This document shows, piece by piece, positions 17,875 to 27,087 of a stretch of DNA of 64,000 bases (position 1 is its first letter; the number at the start of each line of letters is the position of its first letter). The notes under the pieces are model-generated. The model saw only the letters and a program-made list of their open reading frames with translations. It made no database searches and was not told where the DNA came from. This stretch comes from Bacteroidota bacterium. Lineage in GTDB: Bacteria; Bacteroidota; Bacteroidia; Bacteroidales; CG2-30-32-10. Location of the stretch: contig JACAAW010000003.1 of NCBI GenBank assembly GCA_013377115.1, positions 7,325 to 71,324 of the forward strand, in the 5' to 3' direction. The translations under genes were made by a program, and so were the position numbers.

Positions 17875-19337
17875 TATATTTCCCCCATTTTTAAGTCATT
17901 AAAAAATTTAAGCAATAAGTTTTTCGACGAAATTATTCTGAATTCCTTGCTTGCTCTGGCATCTGAAATAGGTTCAAATTCTTTTGATATTAATTCCATT
18001 GCAATTTTAATATTTTCTAATTCCCATTTTTTTCCAATCAAATAAGCTTCAGCAGAATTTGCTTTTACTGGAGTAGCTGCCATCCCACCAAATGCTAGAA
18101 TTATTTTTTCAACAGTTTTGTTTTTAGAAAATTTTAAATTGAAACAAGCGCTAACAGTTGAAATGTCTAAATCTTTGCGTTTAGAAACTTTATAAGATTT
18201 TATAATCGATTCTTTGTCTGGAATAGGAACCGAAATTTCTGTAATAATTTCAGAATTCTGAATGGCTGTTTTTCTATAACTTTTAATAAATGAGTTAATA
18301 GGAATTCGTCTGGTTGCTTGTAGACTCTTCACAATAATCACGGCTTCATGAGCAATAAGCATAGGCAGCGTGTCGCCAATTGGAGAGGCAGAACCTAAAT
18401 TTCCACCCAAAGTGGCAAGGTTCCTAATTTGTTTTGAACCAAAAACTTTTAAAATATGATGAACAGCGGGCAAATAATTTTCTGTTTTGTTCTTTAGATC
18501 TTCAAGACTGATACCTGAACCAATGACAAAATAATTTTCTTCCTCACGGAAATATTTTATATTCTGAATTGAAGAAATATCAATGATTGAAGGAATAACT
18601 TCATGCTTTTTTGTAACTCTTAAAGCTGTATCTGTTGCTCCTCCAATAAAAATTGCTTCAGGATTAAGTTTTTTTAATTTTAAAGCATCCGATAAACTAA
18701 AAACCTTAGCAAAAAATTGCTGATTCTTTTCTATAATAATAGGAAGTTGAACTTCTGAAATTTTTTGAAGTTGAAGAACGGTTTTATTTTCGGCGATTTG
18801 AAATTGATCACTTGTTTTATTCGAGCATGCTTCAATGGCAGCATTTATTAAAGGTTTGTATCCTGTGCATCGGCATAAATTTCCAGCTAAAGAATCAATA
18901 ACAATTTCTTTTGTTGGGTTAAACTTGTTTTTGTACAAGGCAAACATCGACATTGCAAACCCTGGAGTGCAATATCCACATTGAGTTGCATCATTTTCGA
19001 TAATTGCTTTTTGAACAGGGTGTAAAATGGTTTCCTTTCCATTTTTTTGTGCCAAATGTTCCACAGTTAAAACTTGTTTTCCATGAATCATTGGCAAAAA
19101 CACCAAGCAGCTATCAACAGCGTAATAATGTAATTTGTTGTTTTCATTTAATTCGGCCAGAACAATTGTGCAGGCACCGCAATCGCCCTCTCCACAGCCC
19201 TCTTTTACTCCTTTGAAATTTGGATAAGATCGCAAAAAGTTGAGAACCGTTGTGGTAGGTTTTAATTCCGATTTTGAGAAATCGATTTCAATTGGTTCAT
19301 CACCTAAAATAAAAGAAATTTTGTTGAAAATTTTCAT
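17874..19337 (-). CDS. xdhA: Xanthine dehydrogenase, small subunit (2Fe-2S + FAD-binding)
   Basis: 'GCGEGDCGACT', 'CGYCTPG' and 'CRCTGY' iron-sulfur motifs. An FAD-binding PCMH-like region 'FIGGATD' follows. Confidence 0.9.
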   Translation of the reverse strand: MKIFNKISFILGDEPIEIDFSKSELKPTTTVLNFLRSYPNFKGVKEGCGEGDCGACTIVLAELNENNKLHYYAVDSCLVFLPMIHGKQVLTVEHLAQKNGKETILHPVQKAIIENDATQCGYCTPGFAMSMFALYKNKFNPTKEIVIDSLAGNLCRCTGYKPLINAAIEACSNKTSDQFQIAENKTVLQLQKISEVQLPIIIEKNQQFFAKVFSLSDALKLKKLNPEAIFIGGATDTALRVTKKHEVIPSIIDISSIQNIKYFREEENYFVIGSGISLEDLKNKTENYLPAVHHILKVFGSKQIRNLATLGGNLGSASPIGDTLPMLIAHEAVIIVKSLQATRRIPINSFIKSYRKTAIQNSEIITEISVPIPDKESIIKSYKVSKRKDLDISTVSACFNLKFSKNKTVEKIILAFGGMAATPVKANSAEAYLIGKKWELENIKIAMELISKEFEPISDARASKEFRIISSKNLLLKFFNDLKMGEI

Positions 19338-19349
19338 GCGTATTCGTAA

Positions 19350-20117
19350 TTATTTTTTTAAATTTCCTCTTACATCAATCAGTTTTGCAAGAATACTGAT
19401 AGCAATTTCTTCAGGTGTTTCGGCTGCTATTGGAATTCCAATAGGCATATCTATTTCTTCGATTTCTTTAGTTGTTTGGAACTTTTCAGAAATTAATATT
19501 TTTTTAATATCTTCAATTTTTCTCTTGCTTCCAATCATTCCCAAAAAAGCACGCGTTTTTTTGCAAAGTAATTTTAGAATATCAAAATCATTGGTATGAT
19601 TATGTGTGACAATAACAAAATACGAATTATTATCAAAATATAAATCTTTTATATATTCTGCGAAATTTACGTTTTCAGTACAAATAGCATCCGATTGATA
19701 ATCTTTAAAAATGTCAGGTCTTTCATCAATAACAGTTGTTTGAAAACCTAAATCCGAACCAAATTTTGATAAGCTTTTTCCAATATGTCCAGCCCCAAAA
19801 ATAAATAATTTGCATTGGGTAATTATAGGTTCAATATAAACTTCCATTTCTCCACCACATTTCATCCCAATATCTTTTAGCAAGTTGTACTGAAACGTTT
19901 TTGAAATGCCATTTTTTATAGCATTTATGGCTTCTTCGATAATTTTCTTTTCGATGCCACCGCCACCAATTGTTCCAAAAATTTCACCATTTTCAAAGAC
20001 AATCATTTTTGAGGCACTTTTTCTTGGTGCAGATCCACTTGTAGAAGTAACAATGCAAAGTGCAGCTTTTCTATTTTCTTTTTCTACTTCAGAAAGCTTT
20101 TGATAAAAACTTTTCAT
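19350..20117 (-). CDS. xdhC: XdhC/CoxI-family molybdenum cofactor insertion accessory protein
   Basis: N-terminal XdhC_CoxI-like region '...ALCIVTSTSGSAPR' and a Rossmann-like 'LFIFGAGHIG'. The track start at 20123 is TTG; I prefer the ATG at 20117 (MKSFYQ). Confidence 0.8.
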   Translation of the reverse strand: MKSFYQKLSEVEKENRKAALCIVTSTSGSAPRKSASKMIVFENGEIFGTIGGGGIEKKIIEEAINAIKNGISKTFQYNLLKDIGMKCGGEMEVYIEPIITQCKLFIFGAGHIGKSLSKFGSDLGFQTTVIDERPDIFKDYQSDAICTENVNFAEYIKDLYFDNNSYFVIVTHNHTNDFDILKLLCKKTRAFLGMIGSKRKIEDIKKILISEKFQTTKEIEEIDMPIGIPIAAETPEEIAISILAKLIDVRGNLKK

Positions 20118-20183
20118 ATGCAATAATTTGTTTCTACAAAACTCGTAAACATTAACAACAATATCAAATATTTCCTGTAAAAG

Positions 20184-21281
20184 TTAATTAAGGAAGATTT
20201 TCCATAATTCTGGATGGAAATTTTCGCAGTTTTTTTGTTTTAGGATTTCACTTAAAAATTGAAAAGAGTTTTTATCGGTTTGATATTGATTTTTATTTTC
20301 ATAAATATCCGATTTCTCGGGATGGAATTGAACCCCATAAACATTTTCGAATGTCTTATGAGAAACCATTTCAATTACTTTTCCGTCCATACTTGTTGCT
20401 TCAACTTTTAAATTGGAACCTAACTTTTTGATGCATTGATGATGGGCGCTATAAACCAAAGGCGTGAATGTGTCTAGAATATTTAATTTTGTCAAGATTT
20501 TTGAATCAGTGCTGAATTTAATTCGATGTAAGCTTCCAAAAATATTTTCGCTGATGGGATCAAGATTCATCCGGTAGTTTTTATGCATGAAATCAGATTC
20601 TTGTTGTAATACTTCCTCAACAGTTTTTAAATTATAGATTTCGCTAGGAATATCTTGAAATAATGTTCCACCAGTTGCAATATTCATGGTTTGCATTCCC
20701 AAACAGATTGCAATTACTTTGTATTTGGGAACTTCGTTTAAAAAAGCATCAAACTCTGGATATGCATCATTTCCAAGCAAATGAAACATAAATGAAAGTT
20801 CAAAATAATGGCGGTAGGGGTCAGTGATTTCAGTTAATAAACTTGTTTTATCAGAGTAAATAGATGGTGGAATATCTGGTCCGCCAGTGAAAATGATTCC
20901 TTTTGAGTTTGTGAAAATGTTATAAAAATCTTTGGTGCAAGAATTTCTGGTAAAAATAGAATCTTTCCCAATATTTGAATTAATTTTATTTAAATAAAAA
21001 TTTGTGAGTTTATGTGACTTAATATATTTGATGCTTTTATTATAATCATACTCTTCTTTCGCATGAAAAACGCCAATAATTTCAATTTTTGGGAGATTGA
21101 TAATTTTCTTTTCTATCATTAGTTCAATTGCTTCAATATTGGCAACTGTTGGATGCATTAAAACAATCTGGTTTTTCTCAGGATTGAATTGATGTATACT
21201 AAAATAGTTTTGGCCAAATGTAGGAGTGAAAAAAGAGAAAATAATGATTATAGAAAGAAGGGAACGTATTTTTGTTCTCAT
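20184..21281 (-). CDS. Secreted class-I glutamine amidotransferase-like / peptidase C26 (gamma-glutamyl hydrolase-like)
   Basis: Signal peptide 'MRTKIRSLLSIIIIFSFFTPTFGQ'. Triad motifs are 'AICLGMQ' (Cys), 'HHQ' and 'GVQFHPE' (His/Glu). Confidence 0.75.
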   Translation of the reverse strand: MRTKIRSLLSIIIIFSFFTPTFGQNYFSIHQFNPEKNQIVLMHPTVANIEAIELMIEKKIINLPKIEIIGVFHAKEEYDYNKSIKYIKSHKLTNFYLNKINSNIGKDSIFTRNSCTKDFYNIFTNSKGIIFTGGPDIPPSIYSDKTSLLTEITDPYRHYFELSFMFHLLGNDAYPEFDAFLNEVPKYKVIAICLGMQTMNIATGGTLFQDIPSEIYNLKTVEEVLQQESDFMHKNYRMNLDPISENIFGSLHRIKFSTDSKILTKLNILDTFTPLVYSAHHQCIKKLGSNLKVEATSMDGKVIEMVSHKTFENVYGVQFHPEKSDIYENKNQYQTDKNSFQFLSEILKQKNCENFHPELWKIFLN

Positions 21282-21302
21282 AAAAATTGAAGTTTATTTT
21301 AG

Positions 21303-21310
21303 CAAACATA
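21303..21310 (-). promoter_or_regulatory. -7 box (TATGTTTG) upstream of the C26 gene (possibly also xdhCAB)
   Basis: Exact TAnnTTTG on the minus strand, 21 nt upstream of the ATG at 21281. I found no comparable box in the 60-66 nt before xdhC. Confidence 0.45.
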
Positions 21311-21512
21311 ATAAAAAAATGATAATTATCAATGCGTTTGTATTTTTATCTTCTAGATTTATTTGGTAACAATGATTATAAGATTATTAATAAATTCTAT
21401 CAAAAATATTTATTTATAATTTGTCCAAATTTCAAAAAGTTTCACCAAAAAAAGTAAATTTATGCTTACTTTTACAACCTATAAAAAAAGTTTAACAAAG
21501 AAAAAAATAAAT

Positions 21513-24500
21513 ATGAATAAGGTTTTTGGATTGAGATTGAGTTGGTTAGTTTTTTTGACGATTTCATTTATTAGTTTAAATTCTGTATTTGGTCAAAATG
21601 GATTTTTGGTTGTAAATGGTTATATTTCAAAAGATTCAAAACCACTTTCTGATGTGACCATCGATGTAATAAAAAATGGCTCAAAATCTTTCCAAAAGAA
21701 AACAGGGATGGATGGAAAGTTTGAGGCAAAACTTGAAATAAACAATGAATTCATAGTTGAAGTTCAAAAGGATGGACTTCTAAGCCAAAAATTTAGGTTC
21801 AATACCAATTTACCACCAAAAGAAGCAACAGATAAAATTTATTTCTTTGAAGTATTTACAGAGTTGTTTCAGGCATATCCAGGTGTTGATGCATCATGTT
21901 TGGAGCAACCCATGATTGCGGTTGAGTTTGATTCAGAGGAAAGGGATTTTATTTTTGATGTCGATGCTGCGGAACAACAAAGTTCTCGAGTTTATGCACT
22001 GAAAAAGAAAATAAATGAGTTGATTAAACAAAGTGCTAAATATGATTCTGAAATTGCCAAAGCCGATAATCTTTTTAATAATGAAGAATATGATAAGGCC
22101 CGAGTTTCATACAATGTTGCTATGAAATCAAAACCAGCAGAGGAATATCCAAAAACTCAGGTTATTAAAATTGATCAAATATTGGCTTCAAGTAAAAATG
22201 CTGAAGCTTATAAAAAGGCAATTGCTGATGGGGACCTAAATTTTAATCAAAAGAAATATGATTTAGCTAAAGCTAGTTATAAAATTGCTACTACTCTAAA
22301 GCCAACTGAAGCTTATCCAAAAGAAAAAATAGCTGAAATAGATAATATGCTTGCTGAAATTGAGAAAGAAAATAGTTCTTATAAAAAAGCAATTTCTGAT
22401 GGAGATGCACTTTTTTTAGCCAAGCAATATGACAAAGCAAAAACTCAATATTTATCTGCTGGAAATATCAAGCCAACCGAGCAATATCCAAAAGATAAAG
22501 TGAATGAAATAAATGGGTTGCTTGCTAATATCAATACTCAAAACCAAAGCTATATTAAAGCAATTGCGGAGGCAGATAATTTGTTTAATTCCAAATCTTA
22601 TGACTTAGCAAAAACCTCCTACCAAAAAGCATCAGGAATGAAACCTGACGAAAAATATCCAAAAGATAAAATTGCTGAAATAACCAATTTACAGTCAGCT
22701 TTATTGGCCAAAAATCAAAATTACACCAAATTTATAGCTGATGCCGATTTGCAATTTTCTCAGAAAAATTACGAAATTGCGAAACAAAAATATTCAGAAG
22801 CTTCTGATTTGAAGCCAGATGAAAAATATCCAAAAGATAAAATTACGGAAATAAATAATATTTTTGCTCAACAAAATAGTCAAAACCAAGCCTATATAAA
22901 ATCAATAGCCGAAGCAGATAATTTGTTTAATACTAAATCTTACGATTTAGCGAAAGTTTCATATCAAAAGGCTTCAGGTTTAAAGCCAAATGAAAAATAT
23001 CCAAAAGATAAAATTACCGAAATTTCTACCTTGCTAGCGGAACAATTAAAACAAAAACAAGCTTATGATAAGGCAATTGCCGATGCTGATTTGTTGTTCA
23101 ATTCCAAAACTTATGAAAAGGCAAAAGATGCCTATGTAAATGCAGGTAATATTCGTCCCGACGAAAAATATCCAAAGGATAAGATTGCTGAAATCAATGC
23201 AATTTTTGCTCAACAAAACAGTCAAAACCAAGCTTATTTTAAAGCAATTGCTGATGCTGATAATTTCTTTAATACTAAAGTTTACGATAAAGCAAAAGAA
23301 GCTTATACCAATGCCAGTAAATTAAAAGTTGAAGAAAAATATCCAAAAGATAAATTAGTTGAAATCGCTTCAATTCAGGCAAGTCAATTAAAATTAAAAC
23401 AAAATTATGACAAGGCAATTGCTGATGCTGATGCTTTGATGCTTGCCAAGAATTATGACAAAGCAAAAGATGGATACAATGCCGCTTTGGTAATAAAATC
23501 TGATGAAAAATATCCAAAAGATAAAATAACTGAAATCAATAATTTACTTGCTCAGCAAAAAAATACTTTAAATCAGAATTATTTAAAAGCAATTGCTGAT
23601 GCTGATGTTTTATTCAATGCTAAGAATTATGATAAAGCAAAAGAAGGATATACTGGCGCCAGCAAAATAAAACCTGAAGAAAAATATCCAAATGATAAAT
23701 TATTGGAAATAGCTTCTATTCAGGCTGAATTATTAAAAACAAAACAAGCTTATGACAAGGCTGTAGCTGATGCAGATATCTTATTTAAAGCAAAAGATTA
23801 CAATAAAGCAAAAGATGCCTATTTGAGTGCCAGCAATATCAAATCAGATGAGAAATATCCAAAAGATAAAATCAATGAAATTAATGGAATTCTGGCTCAA
23901 GCTGATAATGCAAATAAAGTTTATTACACGACCATTGCCGAAGCAGATAATTTGTTTAATGCAAAATCTTATGATTTAGCGAAAACATCCTACCAAAAAG
24001 CTTCAGGATTAAAACCAGATGAAAAATATCCAAAAGATAAAATTCTTGAAATAGGAACTTTGCTTGCTGAGCAACAAAAGCAAAAACAAGCATATGATAA
24101 AGCAATTGCTGATGCTGATGCTTTGTTTAATTCTAAGAATTATGATAAAGCGAAAGATGGTTACAATGGAGCAATTGCAATAAAATCGGACGAAAAATAT
24201 CCAAAAGATAAAATCACCGAAATCAATAAATTATTGGCAATGCAAAAAGATAATTTGAATCAATCTTATCAAAAAGCCATTGCTGATGCCGATGCATTAT
24301 TCAATGTCAAGAATTACGATAAAGCTAAAGATGGATATAATAGTGCAATTGCAATAAAATCTGACGAAAAATATCCAAAAGACAAATTACTTGAAATCGC
24401 AACTTTACAGGCAGAACTTTTAAAAGTTAAACAAGCCTATGATAAAGCCATTGCTGATGCAGATATTTTGTTCAAAGCAAAAGATTACAATAAAGCCAAA

Positions 24501-26333
24501 GATGGTTATTCGGCTGCAAGCAACATCAAATCGGATGAAAAATATCCTAAAGATAAAATTAACGAAATTAATGGTATTCTCGCTCAACTTGACAATGCAA
24601 ATCAGGCCTATTTTAAAACTATTGCCGAAGCTGATAATTTGTTTAATACGAAATCATATGATTTGGCAAAAGCATCCTATCAAAAAGCTTCAGGTTTAAA
24701 ACCTGATGAAAAATATCCGAAGGATAAAATTGCTGAAATCGGAACTTTGCTTGCGGAGCAATTAAAGCAAAAGCAAATTTACGACAAAGCGATTGCCGAT
24801 GCCGATGCTTTATTTAATTCCAAAAATTATGAAAAAGCAAAAGATGGTTATGTAAATGCAAACGTAATCAGACCAGATGAAAAATATCCAAAAGATAAAA
24901 TAACTGAAATAAATACTCTATTAGGAAAGCAAAATGAACTTAACCAAAACTATTTCAAAACAATTGCTGATGCCGATAATTTATTTAATTCAAAAACTTA
25001 TGATAAAGCAAAAGAAGCCTATACTAGCGCATCACTCTTAAGGCCAGACGAAAAATATCCGAAAGAAAAAATTACAGAAATCACTAATATAATGGCTGAT
25101 GCTCAATCGAAGAAAGTTGCATATGATAAAGCAATTGCTGATGGGGATGCTCTTTTTAAATTAAAATCTTATGAAAAAGCAAAAGATCAATATGTAAATG
25201 CTGGTAATTTAAAGCCAGACGAAAAATATCCTCATGATAAAATTACTGAGATAAATGGATTACTCGCACAACAAAATGAATTAAGTCAGGCATATTATAA
25301 AGTAATTACTGAGGCTGATAATTTGTTCAATTCAAAGTCATACGCCCAGGCAAAAACAGCTTATGAAAATGCAAGTAAAATTAAATCGGATGAAAAATAT
25401 CCATATGATAAAATTACTGAGATAAATAATTTGCTAGCTGATGCTCAAAATAAAGAGCAGAACTATAAAAAATTGCTAGCTGATGCTGATGCTTTATTAG
25501 CATCCAAAACTTATGAAAAAGCAAAAGAGGGCTATACAAATGCAAGTAAAATTAAACCTGATGATCAATATCCAAAAGGAAAGATTACAGAAATTGATAA
25601 CTTAATTGCTGAACAAAAGAAAATCCAATTAAATCAGAATTATCAAGACGCAATAACAAAAGGAGATGCTGATTTTAATGCAAAATTATATGCTAATGCT
25701 AAAACATCATACTTAAATGCTAGCAAATTGAAACCTGCTGAACAATATCCTATTGATAAAATTACTCAAATAGACAAGTTTTTGGGCGCTCAGGAAGATA
25801 TGAAGGAAAATTACAATGCTGCGATTTCAAAAGCGGATAATTTGTATTTAAATAAGAAGCTAGATTTGGCGATAAAATCATATCAGGATGCTAGTAAAAT
25901 AATGCCAAACGAAAAATATCCAAAAGATAAAATTGCTGAAATTAATGCGAAAATGGCTGCCAACAATGTAGCTATAACCAAAGTTGAGGATAAAGAAATG
26001 GTCGAAGTTTCATCAACCATTTTTACAATTAAAGATCAAGATGAAAAGAAATTTACCTTCAATCCATTAGCAAAGAGGAATAATAATTATATGATTATTA
26101 AAGCTAAGAATACCAGTGGGAAGAAAGCAACAATCTATATGTACTATGGCGAAGGCAATATGAATGGAGGCGGTTTTGTTGTGGCCTTGCAAGATGATGC
26201 GATTGAACACGAATATAAAGTTAGGGTAAGTTCTCACTCAAAATGGGTATCATCAAACAGTAACTGGATCAACCTTTCAACTTCTGGCGGAAGTATTGAG
26301 ATTTCTTCTGTAAAAATATTCAGAGGAGAATAG
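21513..26333 (+). CDS. Secreted giant helical-repeat protein: CarboxypepD_reg-like N-domain, 23 x 57-aa TPR-like units, ~140-aa beta-rich C-domain
   Basis: I prefer the ATG at 21513 (MNKVFGLRLSWLVFLTISFISLNSVFG-Q signal peptide) over the track start at 21462. 'GYISKDSKPLSDVTIDVIKNG...DGKFEAKLEINNEFIVEVQKDG' is carboxypeptidase-regulatory-like. The repeat consensus is 'AY.KAIA.AD.LFN.K.YD.AK..Y..A..IKPDEKYPKDKI.EIN.LLA'. Confidence 0.8.
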   Translation: MNKVFGLRLSWLVFLTISFISLNSVFGQNGFLVVNGYISKDSKPLSDVTIDVIKNGSKSFQKKTGMDGKFEAKLEINNEFIVEVQKDGLLSQKFRFNTNLPPKEATDKIYFFEVFTELFQAYPGVDASCLEQPMIAVEFDSEERDFIFDVDAAEQQSSRVYALKKKINELIKQSAKYDSEIAKADNLFNNEEYDKARVSYNVAMKSKPAEEYPKTQVIKIDQILASSKNAEAYKKAIADGDLNFNQKKYDLAKASYKIATTLKPTEAYPKEKIAEIDNMLAEIEKENSSYKKAISDGDALFLAKQYDKAKTQYLSAGNIKPTEQYPKDKVNEINGLLANINTQNQSYIKAIAEADNLFNSKSYDLAKTSYQKASGMKPDEKYPKDKIAEITNLQSALLAKNQNYTKFIADADLQFSQKNYEIAKQKYSEASDLKPDEKYPKDKITEINNIFAQQNSQNQAYIKSIAEADNLFNTKSYDLAKVSYQKASGLKPNEKYPKDKITEISTLLAEQLKQKQAYDKAIADADLLFNSKTYEKAKDAYVNAGNIRPDEKYPKDKIAEINAIFAQQNSQNQAYFKAIADADNFFNTKVYDKAKEAYTNASKLKVEEKYPKDKLVEIASIQASQLKLKQNYDKAIADADALMLAKNYDKAKDGYNAALVIKSDEKYPKDKITEINNLLAQQKNTLNQNYLKAIADADVLFNAKNYDKAKEGYTGASKIKPEEKYPNDKLLEIASIQAELLKTKQAYDKAVADADILFKAKDYNKAKDAYLSASNIKSDEKYPKDKINEINGILAQADNANKVYYTTIAEADNLFNAKSYDLAKTSYQKASGLKPDEKYPKDKILEIGTLLAEQQKQKQAYDKAIADADALFNSKNYDKAKDGYNGAIAIKSDEKYPKDKITEINKLLAMQKDNLNQSYQKAIADADALFNVKNYDKAKDGYNSAIAIKSDEKYPKDKLLEIATLQAELLKVKQAYDKAIADADILFKAKDYNKAKDGYSAASNIKSDEKYPKDKINEINGILAQLDNANQAYFKTIAEADNLFNTKSYDLAKASYQKASGLKPDEKYPKDKIAEIGTLLAEQLKQKQIYDKAIADADALFNSKNYEKAKDGYVNANVIRPDEKYPKDKITEINTLLGKQNELNQNYFKTIADADNLFNSKTYDKAKEAYTSASLLRPDEKYPKEKITEITNIMADAQSKKVAYDKAIADGDALFKLKSYEKAKDQYVNAGNLKPDEKYPHDKITEINGLLAQQNELSQAYYKVITEADNLFNSKSYAQAKTAYENASKIKSDEKYPYDKITEINNLLADAQNKEQNYKKLLADADALLASKTYEKAKEGYTNASKIKPDDQYPKGKITEIDNLIAEQKKIQLNQNYQDAITKGDADFNAKLYANAKTSYLNASKLKPAEQYPIDKITQIDKFLGAQEDMKENYNAAISKADNLYLNKKLDLAIKSYQDASKIMPNEKYPKDKIAEINAKMAANNVAITKVEDKEMVEVSSTIFTIKDQDEKKFTFNPLAKRNNNYMIIKAKNTSGKKATIYMYYGEGNMNGGGFVVALQDDAIEHEYKVRVSSHSKWVSSNSNWINLSTSGGSIEISSVKIFRGE
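22050..25970 (+). repeat. In-frame tandem array, 23 units of ~171 bp (57 aa), with a 4-unit (~687 bp) higher-order duplication at 23577-24947
   Basis: Counted 23 'YP(K/x)(D/x)K(I/L/V)' anchors. The 'gaaaaatatccaaaagataaaat'-type core recurs throughout the array. Confidence 0.85.
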
Positions 26334-26341
26334 ATTTTATT

Positions 26342-26387
26342 AGGCAATCAATGAGGTTGAACATTCATTGATTGCCTTCCTTTTTTT
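26342..26387 (+). terminator. Rho-independent terminator of the giant repeat gene
   Basis: 13-bp stem AGGCAATCAATGA (26342-26354) / TCATTGATTGCCT (26365-26377), followed by TCCTTTTTTT. Confidence 0.8.
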
Positions 26388-26407
26388 AAATGAAAATATA
26401 ATAATTT

Positions 26408-27064
26408 ATGAATATTAACCTATTGCAATGGATAGGATATGCAGCATCGATAACAATTGCGCTATCGATGATGATGAATTCAATTGTGAAGTTTCGGTGG
26501 ATAAATATGGCTGGGGCCTTAACCTTTTCCATTTATGGTTTTTTTATTAATGCTATTCCTGTTGGGATATTGAATGGAGTTATTGTCGTTGTTGATATTT
26601 ACTATTTAGTTATCGTATATTCAAAAAAAGAAATATTTGAAATTCTTGAAATTAAATCCGAAAGTGAATATTTAATCCGATTTATTGAGTTTTACAATCC
26701 TGAAATTCAGAAGTTCTTTCCGGGATTTAAATATCATCATGATTTGAATACCGTTAGCTTTTTTATTCTTAGAAATATGTCGATAGTTGGATTGTTCCTT
26801 GCACATCGTGAAGATGACAATGTTTTAAAAGTAGGTTTAGATTTTGTTGTTCCAGAATATCGCGATTTTAAGAATGGTAAATTTGTTTATTTCAGACTTA
26901 GGAAAAACTTTATTATGGATGGTTTCACAAAAGTAAAAGCAGAAAGTAATAATGGAAAATATATAAAATACTTAAAGAAATTAGGGTTTAAAGTGGATGA
27001 AAATGGGTTGTATTCTAAAGATCTAGAATTAAAAATAAATGAACTAATTTTCAATCAGGAATAA
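26408..27064 (+). CDS. Membrane protein: 3-TM N-domain (YgjV/PQ-loop/SemiSWEET-like) fused to a GNAT-like cytoplasmic domain
   Basis: Three hydrophobic helices lie within aa 1-70. The C-terminal 'VGLDFVVPEYRDFKNGKFVYFRLRKNF...YLKKLGFK' resembles a GNAT acetyltransferase core. Both calls are by eye only. Confidence 0.45.
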   Translation: MNINLLQWIGYAASITIALSMMMNSIVKFRWINMAGALTFSIYGFFINAIPVGILNGVIVVVDIYYLVIVYSKKEIFEILEIKSESEYLIRFIEFYNPEIQKFFPGFKYHHDLNTVSFFILRNMSIVGLFLAHREDDNVLKVGLDFVVPEYRDFKNGKFVYFRLRKNFIMDGFTKVKAESNNGKYIKYLKKLGFKVDENGLYSKDLELKINELIFNQE

Positions 27065-27087
27065 CCTCAAATAATAAAGCAATTATT

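Noticed and set aside
21462-21512. Upstream start of the giant repeat protein (MLTFTTYKKSLTKKKIN...)
   Set aside because: The ATG at 21513 begins a canonical signal peptide. A near-consensus -7 box (TACTTTTA, 21468-21475) would lie inside the longer ORF.
22050-25970. A regular 171-bp repeat array that could superficially be taken for a CRISPR array or satellite
   Set aside because: The units are contiguous with no unique spacers. They are in frame within one 4.8-kb ORF and conserved at the amino-acid level, so this is a protein repeat.
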